Shown in pieces: positions 17,765-27,111 of a stretch of DNA of 64,000 nucleotides (its first letter is position 1; every line of letters begins with the position of its first letter). Below the pieces are notes generated by a model. The model saw only the letters and a list, made by a program, of their open reading frames with translations, did not search any database and had not been told where the DNA came from. Source of the DNA: an uncultured Actinomycetes bacterium (GTDB lineage Bacteria > Actinomycetota > Thermoleophilia > Gaiellales > Gaiellaceae); assembly GCA_963746765.1 (NCBI GenBank), contig CAVVCN010000002.1:139362-203361 (forward strand). Direction: 5' to 3'. The translations under genes and the position numbers were made by a program.

Positions 17765-18903
17765 CGAGGATCGACGAGCTCAAGGCGGCGGTCGTCGGCA
17801 CGGGCTTCATCGGCGTCGTCCACGTGGATGCTCTCCGCCGGCTCGGGGTCGAGGTGGTCGGAGTCGTCGGCTCGAGCCCGGAGCGAGCCGGCGCGAAGGG
17901 GCTCGCGCCTGCCTACGAGAGCTTCGAGGCGATGCTCGAAGACGACCGCGTGGACGTCGTCCACCTGACGACGCCGAACAACCTCCACCACCCACAGGTG
18001 AAGCAGGCGCTCGCCGCGGGGAAGCACGTCGTCTGCGAGAAGCCGCTCGCGGTCACGTCCGAGCAGTCCGCCGAGTTGCTCGAGCTCGCCGAGCGGTCTG
18101 GCCTCGTCCACTGCACGAACTTCAACATCCGCTTCTACCCGCTGGTCCAGGAAGCGCGAGAGCGCGTGCGCGCCGGTGAGGTCGGCGACGTCTGGAACGT
18201 CCACGGTGGATACCTCCAGGACTGGCTCGCCGAGCCGACCGACTGGAACTGGCGTCTGGAGCCCGAACGCGCCGGGGAGCTGCGCGCGGTCGGCGACATC
18301 GGGTCGCACTGGATGGACCTGACCCAGTTCGTCACGGGCGTGCGCATCGTGGAGCTCTTCGCCGACCTCGCGACGGCGATCCCGGTCCGGCACCGGCCGA
18401 TCGGCGAGGTCGAGACGTTCGCGAGCGCCACCGACGTTCCGCGCGAGGACGCCGAGATGTCCACGGAGGACATCGCGCACATCCTCCTGGGCTTCGACAA
18501 CGGAGCCCGTGGGTCGCTCGTCGTCTCGCAGGTCTCGCGCGGGCGCAAGAACTCGCTCCGCTTCGAGGTCAACGGCTCGGTCACGTCGCTCGCGTGGGAC
18601 GCGGAGCGGCACGAGGAGCTCTGGATCGGGCACCGCGGCCGGCCCAACGAGGTGCTGGCACGCGACGCTTCGCTCCTGCATGCGCCGGCTGCGGCCCGCA
18701 CGCACCTCCCCGTCGCGCACGCCGAGGGCTTCGCCGCCACGTTCCGGGAGCTGTACCGCGCCGTGTACGCGGACGTCGCGCGCGGCGGCCCGTCGGACGA
18801 CCCGGACTACCCGACCTTCCGCGACGGCCACGTCGAGAACGTCCTCTGCGACGCCGTCGCCAGGTCGAACCGCGAACGACGCTGGGTGGAGGTGCCCTCA
18901 TGA
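17761..18903 (+). CDS. Gfo/Idh/MocA family oxidoreductase
   Basis: GTG 17761 overlaps the GntR stop (GTGA). VVGTGFIGVVH Rossmann motif, EKPLA motif; 380 aa. Confidence 0.9.
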   Translation: MTRIDELKAAVVGTGFIGVVHVDALRRLGVEVVGVVGSSPERAGAKGLAPAYESFEAMLEDDRVDVVHLTTPNNLHHPQVKQALAAGKHVVCEKPLAVTSEQSAELLELAERSGLVHCTNFNIRFYPLVQEARERVRAGEVGDVWNVHGGYLQDWLAEPTDWNWRLEPERAGELRAVGDIGSHWMDLTQFVTGVRIVELFADLATAIPVRHRPIGEVETFASATDVPREDAEMSTEDIAHILLGFDNGARGSLVVSQVSRGRKNSLRFEVNGSVTSLAWDAERHEELWIGHRGRPNEVLARDASLLHAPAAARTHLPVAHAEGFAATFRELYRAVYADVARGGPSDDPDYPTFRDGHVENVLCDAVARSNRERRWVEVPS

Positions 18904-19808
18904 GACTCGGCCTGCTGACCGCTCCGTTCCCGCGCCGCTCCCTGGAGGAGGTCGCCGCCTGGGCCTCGGGCGAGGGCTTCCAGATGCTCGAGGTCGCGTG
19001 CTGGCCGGCCGCCGGAGGCGAGCGCCGCCGCTATGCCGGCACGTCGCACATCGACGTCGGCAGCCTCGACCCCGATGCCGTCGGCGACATCCTCTTCCGG
19101 CACGGCCTCGAGATCTCGTCGCTCGCGTACTACCCGAACAACCTCCATCCGGACGCGGCCGAGCGCCGGGCGGCGAACACGCACCTGCGGAAGGTGATCG
19201 ACGCCGCGGCGAAGCTGAACGTCCCGATCGTCGGCACCTTCGTCGGCCGCGACCAGACGAAGAACGTGCCGGACAACTTCCGCGAGTTCCGCAAGGTCTG
19301 GCCACGCCTCGTCGACTACGCGGGCGAGCGCGGCGTCAAGATCGCGATCGAGAACTGCCCGATGATCTTCTCGTACGACGAGTGGCCGGGCGGCACGAAT
19401 CTCGCCTCCACGCCTGCTGTCTGGGACGAGATGTTCTCCATCGTCGACAGCCCGAGCTTCGGCCTCAACCTCGACCCCTCACACCTCGTCTGGCTCATGA
19501 TCGACTACGAGCGGGCGATCCGCGACTACGCCTCGAAGATCCTCCACGTTCACGCCAAGGACATGGAGATCGACCGCGACGGCCTCTACCGGAACGGGAC
19601 GATCTCCCTCGGGCTGGGCTGGCAGGTGCCGCGGCTGCCGGGCCTCGGCGAGGTACGCTGGGATCGCTTCGTCGCCGCGCTCTACCGTGCGGGCTACGAC
19701 TACGTCGTTTCCATCGAGCACGAGGACCGGGCGTTCGAGGCGACGGAGGAGCTCGTCAAGCGCGGATTCCTCCTCTCACGCGACGTGTTGCGGCCGCTAC
19801 TCCACTAG
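18900..19808 (+). CDS. sugar phosphate isomerase/epimerase (xylose isomerase-like TIM barrel)
   Basis: ATG 18900 overlaps the upstream stop (ATGA). KIAIENCP, HVHAKD and SIEHED are metal-binding patterns typical of this fold. Confidence 0.85.
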   Translation: MRLGLLTAPFPRRSLEEVAAWASGEGFQMLEVACWPAAGGERRRYAGTSHIDVGSLDPDAVGDILFRHGLEISSLAYYPNNLHPDAAERRAANTHLRKVIDAAAKLNVPIVGTFVGRDQTKNVPDNFREFRKVWPRLVDYAGERGVKIAIENCPMIFSYDEWPGGTNLASTPAVWDEMFSIVDSPSFGLNLDPSHLVWLMIDYERAIRDYASKILHVHAKDMEIDRDGLYRNGTISLGLGWQVPRLPGLGEVRWDRFVAALYRAGYDYVVSIEHEDRAFEATEELVKRGFLLSRDVLRPLLH

Positions 19809-19818
19809 TCGAGCAGCC

Positions 19819-20256
19819 CTACTTGCACTCGGCGCACGAGCCGCGCAGCACGACGTCGTGCTGGGCGAGCTCGTAGCCCCGCGACCCGGCGACGCTCTCG
19901 AGGATGCTCTCGAGCTCGGTGTCGCCGAAGACGTCGACCCGTCCGCATTCGTCGCAGACGAGGTGATGGTGGTGCTCTCCGTCTGGAAGCGCTGACTCAA
20001 ACCGCGTCACGCTGCCTCCCAGCTCGACGCGATGCACGAGCCCCAGCTCCGCGAGCTGGTCGAGGATCCGGTAGACGCTCGCGATCCCGACCTTGCGGCC
20101 CTCGGCGCGCAGGCTGTCGAAGACCTCCTGCGCCGACCTGCAGCAGTCCTGGCTCTCGAGGTACGCGATCACCGCCTCGCGCGCACCGCCCGCGCGTGCG
20201 CCCGTGCGCCGGAGCTCGGCGCGCACGTGCTCCCCCCAGGTCAGCGTCTTGCTCAC
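19819..20256 (-). CDS. zur: Fur family transcriptional repressor, Zur-like
   Basis: GTG at 20256. IASVYRILDQLAELGLV HTH, HHHHLVCDECG and C-terminal CAEC metal sites. Divergent from the znuA-like gene. Confidence 0.85.
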   Translation of the reverse strand: MSKTLTWGEHVRAELRRTGARAGGAREAVIAYLESQDCCRSAQEVFDSLRAEGRKVGIASVYRILDQLAELGLVHRVELGGSVTRFESALPDGEHHHHLVCDECGRVDVFGDTELESILESVAGSRGYELAQHDVVLRGSCAECK

Positions 20257-20263
20257 GGGCGCG

Positions 20264-20280
20264 AATGATAGTGATTCCCA
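20264..20280. promoter_or_regulatory. candidate Zur box in the zur/znuA divergent region
   Basis: AATGATAGTGATTCCCA matches 13 of 17 positions of the actinobacterial Zur-box core AATGAAAATGATTTTCA as I recall it. It is the only AT-rich patch in the 52-nt intergenic region. Confidence 0.5.
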
Positions 20281-20308
20281 ACATCGTCTGTGGTATAAGA
20301 CGGCTCCG

Positions 20309-21214
20309 ATGCGAGCAAGAATCGTTCTCATCTTCTCGGTGGTCGCGCTCGCTGCCGGCGTAGCGGGCTGTGGAGGCTCCGACGACGCGGGCTCCGGCAC
20401 CGAGATCGTCGCGGCCTTCTACCCGCTCGCGTATCTCGCCGAGCACGTCGTCCCCGACGCGGAGGTCACGAACATCACGCCTGCCGGCGCGGAGCCGCAC
20501 GACTTCGAGCTCTCGGCGCGCGATATCGAGACGCTGAGCTCGGCCGACCTCGTGCTCTACCTCGGCGGTGGCTTCCAGCCGGCCGTCGAGGACGCAGTGG
20601 CGGAAGACGCGGCTGCGGTCGACCTGCTCGAATGGCAGCAGCTGGTCGCTGGCTCGGAGGAGCATGGTCACGATGAGGAAGGACACGACGTGGCGAAGGG
20701 GCACGGCGCGTCCGGGCTCGACCCGCACGTCTGGCTCGACCCGGTGCGTTTCGCCGCGATGGCGCGTCGCGTCGCCGAGGCAACCGGCGATCCCGAGGCC
20801 GCGAACGGTCTCGCCGCCCAGCTCCAGGCGCTCGACGACGAGTTCCGCGCCGGCCTCTCCGACTGCGAGCGGCGCGAGATCGTCACGAGCCACGCCGCCT
20901 TCGGATACCTCGCCCGCGCCTACGACCTGACGCAGATCCCGCTGACCGGAGTCGCGCCGGAGGCAGAGCCGTCGCCTCGTGACCTCGAGGAGCTCGTCGC
21001 CGAGGTGGAGGAGCGGGGCGCGACGACGGTCTTCTTCGAAACGCTCGTGTCGCCGAGGCTCGCGGAGACGGTCGCGCGAGAGGCCGGCGCGGAGGTCGCG
21101 GTGCTCAACCCGCTGGAAGGCCTCACGAACGAGGAGGTCGAGGAGGGCGACGACTACTTCTCCGTCATGCGCTCGAACCTCGACACCCTTCGCAGCGCCC
21201 TCGGATGCACGTAG
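20309..21214 (+). CDS. znuA: zinc ABC transporter substrate-binding lipoprotein (cluster A-1, ZnuA-like)
   Basis: Lipobox VAGC followed by GGSDD. His/acid-rich loop EEHGHDEEGHDVAKGHG, DPHVWLDP motif. Adjacent to zur. Confidence 0.85.
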   Translation: MRARIVLIFSVVALAAGVAGCGGSDDAGSGTEIVAAFYPLAYLAEHVVPDAEVTNITPAGAEPHDFELSARDIETLSSADLVLYLGGGFQPAVEDAVAEDAAAVDLLEWQQLVAGSEEHGHDEEGHDVAKGHGASGLDPHVWLDPVRFAAMARRVAEATGDPEAANGLAAQLQALDDEFRAGLSDCERREIVTSHAAFGYLARAYDLTQIPLTGVAPEAEPSPRDLEELVAEVEERGATTVFFETLVSPRLAETVAREAGAEVAVLNPLEGLTNEEVEEGDDYFSVMRSNLDTLRSALGCT

Positions 21215-21930
21215 CGCCGGCGGTCGAGCTCGACTCGGTCTCGTTCGCCTACGCGCGCGGCGAGCCGGTGCTCCGCGACGTCGACCTGCGCATCGGACAA
21301 GGCGAGTTCGTCGCCATCGCGGGGCCGAACGGGGGCGGGAAGACGACGCTGCTCCGGCTCGTGCTCGGCCTCGAGCAGCCGGCGTCCGGTGCCGTGCGGC
21401 TCTACGGCGAGCCGGCCGACCGGTTCTCGCGGCGCGAGACACTCGGCTACCTGGCTCAGCGTGCGCATCTCGGCGTCGACGCGCCGGTGACGGTTCGCGA
21501 GGTCGTGTCCGCCGGGAGGCTTCCGGCGGCGGGGCTCCTCGGCCCACTTCGTCGCCACGATCGGACGCGCGTCGAGGAGGCGATCGAGCTCGTGGGGCTC
21601 ACCGGCCAGGCGGACGCCGTGCTCGGGCGCCTTTCGGGCGGACAGCAGCAGCGGGCGCTGATCGCCAAGGCGCTGGCCGGGGAGCCGGCGCTGCTCGCGC
21701 TGGACGAGCCGACGACGGGAGTCGACGCGGAGTCGCAGGAGACGCTCGGCGCACTGCTCGCGCACCTGCGCGAGGAGCTCGGCGTCACGATCCTCTATGT
21801 CTCCCACGAGTTCGGCGCCGTCGAGCGTCACGTCGAGCGGCTCGTGCTCGTTCGCGGAGGGATCATCTTCGACGGCCCGCCCGCGGAGCTGCCCGGCATC
21901 TGGCACGACCCCTCGCACGTCCATGTTTGA
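21205..21930 (+). CDS. znuC: zinc ABC transporter ATP-binding protein
   Basis: Walker A GPNGGGKTT, signature LSGGQQQRA, Walker B LALDEPTTGVD. Overlaps znuA by 10 nt. Confidence 0.85.
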   Translation: MHVAPAVELDSVSFAYARGEPVLRDVDLRIGQGEFVAIAGPNGGGKTTLLRLVLGLEQPASGAVRLYGEPADRFSRRETLGYLAQRAHLGVDAPVTVREVVSAGRLPAAGLLGPLRRHDRTRVEEAIELVGLTGQADAVLGRLSGGQQQRALIAKALAGEPALLALDEPTTGVDAESQETLGALLAHLREELGVTILYVSHEFGAVERHVERLVLVRGGIIFDGPPAELPGIWHDPSHVHV

Positions 21931-22726
21931 GTCGGAGTTCATGCGCCTGGCGTTCGCGGCGGGGGCGGTGATCGGCGTTCTCGCTCCGGCGGTCGGCTTC
22001 TTCCTCGTCCAGCGGCGTCTGAGCCTCATCGGCGACGGCATCGGGCACGTCGCCTTCGCCGGGGTGGCGCTCGGCATCCTCCTCGACGTCTCGCCGATCC
22101 TGACCGCTCTCGTGGCCGCCGTGGTCGGCGGCGTCGTGATCGAGTGGCTCCGGGCGCGCCGCGTGGCGGCCGGCGACCAGGCGCTCGCGCTCGTCTTCTA
22201 CACGGGCATCGCCGCGGGGGTCGTGCTCATCTCTGCCGCCGGCTCCTTGAACGTCGATCTCTTCCAGTACCTCTTCGGCTCGATCCTCACCGTTACGCGC
22301 GAGGACCTCCTCGTGATCTCGCTCCTCGGCGTCACCGGCCTGACCGCGATCGCGTTGCTCTACCGGGCGCTGTCGGCGGTCGTCATCGACGAGGAGGGGG
22401 CGCGCGTCTCGGGCGTGCCGGTGGGGCTGCTCAACGTCGTCCTCGCCGCTCTCGCGGCGCTCACGGTCGCGCTGTCGATGCAGATCGTCGGAGTGCTCCT
22501 GATCGCGGCGCTCATGGTGCTGCCGGTGACGGCCGCGACCCGGGTCGGCTGGAGCCTTGCGTCCACGCTGCTGCTCTCGATCGCAATCGGGCTCGCGTCG
22601 GTCTTCCTCGGCCTCACCACGTCGTACTACGCCGACCTGCCTCCCGGAGGGACGATCGTGCTGGTCGCGGCGGGTGCGGTCGTCGCAGCGGCGCTCGCGA
22701 GCGCGGCTCAGTCCTCGACGCGGTAG
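21923..22726 (+). CDS. znuB: zinc ABC transporter permease
   Basis: ATG 21923 overlaps the znuC end by 8 nt. Hydrophobic; FMRLAFAAGAVIG...LSLIGDGIGHVAFAGVALG is typical of the ABC-3 family. Confidence 0.85.
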   Translation: MFESEFMRLAFAAGAVIGVLAPAVGFFLVQRRLSLIGDGIGHVAFAGVALGILLDVSPILTALVAAVVGGVVIEWLRARRVAAGDQALALVFYTGIAAGVVLISAAGSLNVDLFQYLFGSILTVTREDLLVISLLGVTGLTAIALLYRALSAVVIDEEGARVSGVPVGLLNVVLAALAALTVALSMQIVGVLLIAALMVLPVTAATRVGWSLASTLLLSIAIGLASVFLGLTTSYYADLPPGGTIVLVAAGAVVAAALASAAQSSTR

Positions 22727-23058
22727 ACCGCCGCCTCGCCGATCACCTGCGCGCCGGACGGTGGGACACGCTCGCACGTCGCCGCCGCAGCGCCCGCGGG
22801 CCAGCGGCAGATCACGAAGAGATCCTCGTTGCTGCTCGAGATGCCGTAGGTCGTCCCGTTCGGCTCGTTGATCGTGCTGAAGATCGTGAGCTGCTTGTCG
22901 CCGCACACGGTTGCGAGCGACGCGGGGCACTCGGTCTCGCTCGGCCAGTCCCGTGTCGGCTCGAGGCCGATCTGCGCGGGGTCGCCGATGCCGCACCCGC
23001 TGAGTCCGAGCGCGAGCACGACGAGCCCGGCCGCGGCGAGCGCACCGAGCCTACGCAT
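22708..23058 (-). CDS. small lipoprotein, unknown function
   Basis: ATG 23058 (MRRLGALAAAGLVVLALGLSGC lipobox). Four further Cys; high GC3. Confidence 0.55.
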   Translation of the reverse strand: MRRLGALAAAGLVVLALGLSGCGIGDPAQIGLEPTRDWPSETECPASLATVCGDKQLTIFSTINEPNGTTYGISSSNEDLFVICRWPAGAAAATCERVPPSGAQVIGEAAVYRVED

Positions 23059-24028
23059 GGGTCGTCGGCGAGACGGGCTCATCCCTGGTCAGCACACGAA
23101 AGCGTTCCACGGTGCGGGCAACGCCCTCCGAAAGGGGGGTGTGCGGGAGCGGGCCCAGCAGCCTTGCGAGCAGGCGGGACTCGAGGGACGCCGGAAACGG
23201 CAGTGGCTGGTCCGCCCACGTGATCGTGCCGGCCGCCTCGGGCGCCGCTGCCTCGATGGCCGCGACGACCTCCTTCATGGAGGACGACTCGCCCGGGAAG
23301 TTCGCGACGTGCGCGCCGTCGCGCACCGCCCGGGCGGCGAGCGCGAAGGCACGGCCGACGTCGGGCGCGAAGTCGTACTGTGCTGCCCCGCCGTATGCGA
23401 TCTCGAACGGCTCGCCGCGGGCGGCGGCGGCCATCGCGAGCGTCGGGGCGGACGTCATGCCCTGGTCGCGGCCTGGCCCGTACACGACGTACGGCCGGAT
23501 GCCGATCGACGCGACGCCGTCGTCCTGCCAGAACACGCGTGCGGTTCCCTCGTTCGCGAGCTTGTACGTGCCGTACAACGTTCCCGGCGCGGTTCCCCCG
23601 GCCTCCGGGGCCGGAGACGGATCCGCGGCGTTGTAGACCGCGGTCGAGCTCGCGTACGCGAGGCCCGGCAGCCGGTCGCTCCGCTCGCGCACCGCTTCGA
23701 AGACGACGACCGTGCCGAGCACGTTGACCTTCGCGCCCAGTGCAGGGTCGGCGCGGCAGAAGGGAACCTGGAGCGCCGCGAGATGCACGACCGCGGTGAT
23801 TTCGTGGTCGTCGAGCGTGCGACCGAGTGCGGCCCTGTCGGTTACGTCGCCCTGGACGAGCGTCACACGCTCGCGTTCGGCGTCGTCCAGGACGAGGCGG
23901 AGCCGCGAGTCGTCCCCGCCGAGGTCGTAGCCGACGGGATGCTCGCCGTCGTCGAGCAGCGCCTTGAGCGTCCACGCGCCGAGGCAGCCGAGGGCACCGG
24001 TGACGAGCGTCCGCGGTGCCTCAGGCAA
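23051..24028 (-). CDS. NAD-dependent epimerase/dehydratase family protein
   Basis: TTG at 24028 overlaps the upstream ALDH stop. LVTGALGCLG Rossmann motif, catalytic YGTYK. The 531-aa ORF upstream of this is shadow. Confidence 0.75.
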   Translation of the reverse strand: MPEAPRTLVTGALGCLGAWTLKALLDDGEHPVGYDLGGDDSRLRLVLDDAERERVTLVQGDVTDRAALGRTLDDHEITAVVHLAALQVPFCRADPALGAKVNVLGTVVVFEAVRERSDRLPGLAYASSTAVYNAADPSPAPEAGGTAPGTLYGTYKLANEGTARVFWQDDGVASIGIRPYVVYGPGRDQGMTSAPTLAMAAAARGEPFEIAYGGAAQYDFAPDVGRAFALAARAVRDGAHVANFPGESSSMKEVVAAIEAAAPEAAGTITWADQPLPFPASLESRLLARLLGPLPHTPLSEGVARTVERFRVLTRDEPVSPTTHA

Positions 24029-25484
24029 GCGGCGCGTCCTGGTACACGGTGACGGCCTCGGTGTAGAACTCGATGGCCGCGCGGCCCTGCTCGTGCGGGC
24101 CCCAGCCGGAGCCCTTGATGCCGCCGAAGGGCACGTGCACGTCCGCGCCCGCGGTCTGGGAGTTGACGTGGATGATCCCGGCACCGATCTCCTGCGTGAA
24201 GCGCTGCACCGCGTGCAGGTCGCGCGTGAAGATCGAGGCCGACAGGCCGAAGCGGACCGCATTCGCGCGCTCGAGCGCCTCGTCGAGCGTCGAGTACCGG
24301 TAGAGCGAGGTGACCGGCCCGAAGACCTCCTCGCACGAGAGCTCCGCGTCGTCCGCGAGGCCCTCGAACACCGTCGGCGCGATGAGGTAGCCCTCGTCGT
24401 CCGCACGGTCGCCTCCGGCGAGCACCGTGCCCCCTTCGGAGCGCGCACGATCGACCGCGCCCAGGATGTCCTCGAAGGCGCCTTCGTTGACGACCGGCCC
24501 GACCTCGACCTCCGGGTCTGCGGGGTCGCCGACCTTGCCCGCCGCGATACGGGCGAGGAAGGCCTCCCGGAACTCGTCGTAGACCGCGTCCTCCACGAAG
24601 ATCCGCCGGGTCGCCGTGCACTTCTGGCCGGCCGACCAGAACGCACCCGCGTACGACGCCTCGACGGCGCGGTCGACCTCGGCGTCGGCCGCGACGAGGA
24701 GTGGGTTGTGACCTCCGAGCTCGAGCTGCACGCGGCAGTCGCGTGCGGTCGCCTGCTCGCGCACCGAGTGCCCGACGGGGACGGACCCCGTGAACGAGAT
24801 GGCGCAGACGCCCGGATTGCGGACGAGCTCCGCCCCGACCGTCGAGCCCGAGCCGGTGAGCACGTTGAGCACTCCCGGCGGGAGCCCGGCCTCGGCGAAC
24901 GCCTCGGCGACGTGCAGGCCCGTGCGCGGCGCCTCGTACCCGAGCTTCAGCACGACGGTGTTCCCGTAGATCAAGGCCGGCGCGAGCTTCCAGACCGGGA
25001 TCGCGATCGGGAAGTTCCACGGCGTGATGAGGCCGACGACGCCGACCGGGCGCCGCAGCGTATAGAGGCGCTGGTTCGGGACGGACGGCTCGTAGAGCTC
25101 ACCGATCGGGCGCCACGCTTCCCCGGCGGAGTAGCGGAGGATCGCGGCGGCGCGGAGCGCTTCGAGGCGAGCCTCGCGGAGCGGCTTGCCCATCTCTCGC
25201 GTCATGTCCTGCGCGATCTGCTCGGCGCGTGCTTCCAGCGCGTTCGCCGCCTTGCCGAAGAACGCCGCCCGCTGGCCCGCGGGCAGCGCGGACCACGCCG
25301 GGAACGCCTCGCGCGCGGCGTCGACCGCCGCGCCTGCGTCGTCGACAGTGGAGGCGGGATAGACGCCGGTCACCTCGGACGGACGCCAGGGGTTCCGCTT
25401 CTCGTACGTCTCGCCGCCGGCGCTCTCGCGCCACTCGCCGCCGATGTAGTTGCGCGCGGGCGACTCCGTGAGCGTTTCAGACAT
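24021..25484 (-). CDS. aldehyde dehydrogenase, 2,5-dioxopentanoate (alpha-ketoglutarate semialdehyde) dehydrogenase-like
   Basis: 487 aa. ITPWNFP, ELGGHNP (Glu), SAGQKCTATRR (Cys), EEVFGPV. Operon context with the KdaD-like gene. Confidence 0.85.
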   Translation of the reverse strand: MSETLTESPARNYIGGEWRESAGGETYEKRNPWRPSEVTGVYPASTVDDAGAAVDAAREAFPAWSALPAGQRAAFFGKAANALEARAEQIAQDMTREMGKPLREARLEALRAAAILRYSAGEAWRPIGELYEPSVPNQRLYTLRRPVGVVGLITPWNFPIAIPVWKLAPALIYGNTVVLKLGYEAPRTGLHVAEAFAEAGLPPGVLNVLTGSGSTVGAELVRNPGVCAISFTGSVPVGHSVREQATARDCRVQLELGGHNPLLVAADAEVDRAVEASYAGAFWSAGQKCTATRRIFVEDAVYDEFREAFLARIAAGKVGDPADPEVEVGPVVNEGAFEDILGAVDRARSEGGTVLAGGDRADDEGYLIAPTVFEGLADDAELSCEEVFGPVTSLYRYSTLDEALERANAVRFGLSASIFTRDLHAVQRFTQEIGAGIIHVNSQTAGADVHVPFGGIKGSGWGPHEQGRAAIEFYTEAVTVYQDAPLA

Positions 25485-26301
25485 GTGCAGCGCTCCTTTC
25501 GACGAGGGTCGAAGCGAGGACGACCGGATTCGAGAGCGTGCCGATCCCGGGCACGGAGATCTCGACGACGTGTCCGGGCTCGAGCGTGAAGTCGTCGGGC
25601 GGCACGAGGCCGGTGCCCGTGAGGAGGACGCTCCGCGGAGGCACCGGGTTGTCGCGCACGAGGTAGGCGACGAGCTCCTCGAACGAGCGCTTCATCCGAA
25701 CCGTCGACGTCTCACCGGCGAAGAGCTCGCGGCTTGCCTCGTCGAGGATCCGCATGGAGATCTCGAGCGGCTCGTCGGGAGCGGGGGTGAGGACAGCCGG
25801 GCCGAGCGCGCACGCACCTGCGTACACCTTCGCCTGCGGGAGGTACAGCGGATTGGCGCCTTCGATGTCGCGCGACGACACGTCGTTCCCGATCGTGACA
25901 CCCGAGATCCCTCCGTCGTCGCCCAGCACCACTCCGATCTCCGGCTCGGGGACGTTCCAGCCCGAGTCCGAGCGGATCGCGATCGGTCGGCCGGGGCCGA
26001 CGGTGCGGCGGCAGGCGGCGTCCTTCAGGAACAGCTCGGGCCGCTCCGCCTCGTAGACGAGCGAGTAGACGTCCCGCACCGCGCTCTCCTCGATCCGAGC
26101 GTCGCGCGAGCGCTCGTAGGTGACTCCGGCGCACCAGACCTCCGGTGGCTCGAGCGGGAGCAGGAGCTCGTACGGTTCGGGCAGCGCGAGCGTCTCGAGG
26201 TCGAGCGGCTCGATGCGCACTCCGTCGCGCGTCAGCACGACTCCGTCCTCGACCGCGCCGTCGTCGATGCCGCTCGGGCCGCGGAAGCGAATCCGGCGCA
26301 T
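25477..26301 (-). CDS. FAH-family 2-dehydro-3-deoxy-D-arabinonate dehydratase (KdaD)-like protein
   Basis: ATG 26301 overlaps the SDR stop (ATGA). PPEVWCAGVTYERSR, RPELFLKD, IAIRSDSGWNVPEPEIGVVL, DVSSRDIEGANPLYLPQAKVYAGACALGP, YLVRDNPVP and ISVPGIGTLSNPV parallel the Sulfolobus KdaD sequence as I remember it. Confidence 0.8.
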   Translation of the reverse strand: MRRIRFRGPSGIDDGAVEDGVVLTRDGVRIEPLDLETLALPEPYELLLPLEPPEVWCAGVTYERSRDARIEESAVRDVYSLVYEAERPELFLKDAACRRTVGPGRPIAIRSDSGWNVPEPEIGVVLGDDGGISGVTIGNDVSSRDIEGANPLYLPQAKVYAGACALGPAVLTPAPDEPLEISMRILDEASRELFAGETSTVRMKRSFEELVAYLVRDNPVPPRSVLLTGTGLVPPDDFTLEPGHVVEISVPGIGTLSNPVVLASTLVERSAAHV

Positions 26302-27035
26302 CAGTAGACCGCCCGCCCGCCCGAGATGTCGTACGTCGCGCCGGTAGAGAACGAGCACTCCTCGCTCGCCAGCCAGCAGACGAGGGCCGCCACCTCGTCC
26401 GCTCCGCCCATGCGGCCCATGGGGATGCGCTCGACCATGTAATCGATGTGCTCCTGCGAGACGCCCTCGAGGATCGGCGTCTCGATCACGGCGGGCGCGA
26501 CGCAGTTCACGAGGACGCCCGTCCGCGCGAGGTCCTTGCCGATCGCCTTCGTCATGCCGATCACCGCGGCCTTCGACGCGGAGTAGGCGGCCGCCATCGG
26601 GTTGCCCTCCTTCCCCGCGATCGAGGCGACGTTGACGATCCGCCCGTACCCGCGCTCGACCATGCCCGGCGCGACGGCCCGGTTGCAGTAGAAGACGCCG
26701 TCGGTGTTGATCGCGAGCACGCGGCGCCACTCCTCGTCCGGGATCTCGAGGCTCGGGAGCGACTTGCCGGGGATCCCGGCGGAGCAGACGAGGACGTCGA
26801 TCGGCCCGAGCTCGACCTCGACCTGACTCACCGCCGCCTGCACGTCTCCCGAGCGCGAGACGTCGCCGGCGAGTGCGAGGACGCCCTCGGTGTCGGCCGC
26901 CTGCAGGTCGAGAGCGGCGACGCGCGCTCCCTCGGTGACGAGCCGTCGCGAGACGGCGGCCCCGATCCCGCTCGCGCCGCCGGTGACGAGGGCGATGCGG
27001 TCGGAAAATCGATAATCGTTCGTTCTGTTGCCCAT
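26301..27035 (-). CDS. SDR family oxidoreductase (candidate sugar 1-dehydrogenase)
   Basis: VTGGASGIG, CSAG, catalytic YSASK; 244 aa. First gene of the minus-strand operon. Confidence 0.85.
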   Translation of the reverse strand: MGNRTNDYRFSDRIALVTGGASGIGAAVSRRLVTEGARVAALDLQAADTEGVLALAGDVSRSGDVQAAVSQVEVELGPIDVLVCSAGIPGKSLPSLEIPDEEWRRVLAINTDGVFYCNRAVAPGMVERGYGRIVNVASIAGKEGNPMAAAYSASKAAVIGMTKAIGKDLARTGVLVNCVAPAVIETPILEGVSQEHIDYMVERIPMGRMGGADEVAALVCWLASEECSFSTGATYDISGGRAVY

Positions 27036-27111
27036 GCTGCTCCGCCAAGCCTAAAGTCTGCTCGGTGGACGTTCCAGGCGACCCCGGGCTTTCGGCACCT
27101 GCGGGAACGCG

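Noticed and set aside
27036-27111. Cobalamin riboswitch upstream of the B12-dependent dehydratase or of the adjacent BtuCD/FecCD-type importer (29765-29866).
   Set aside because: Both leaders are short (76 and 102 nt). Neither contains a recognisable B12-box-like conserved core or the multi-stem architecture.
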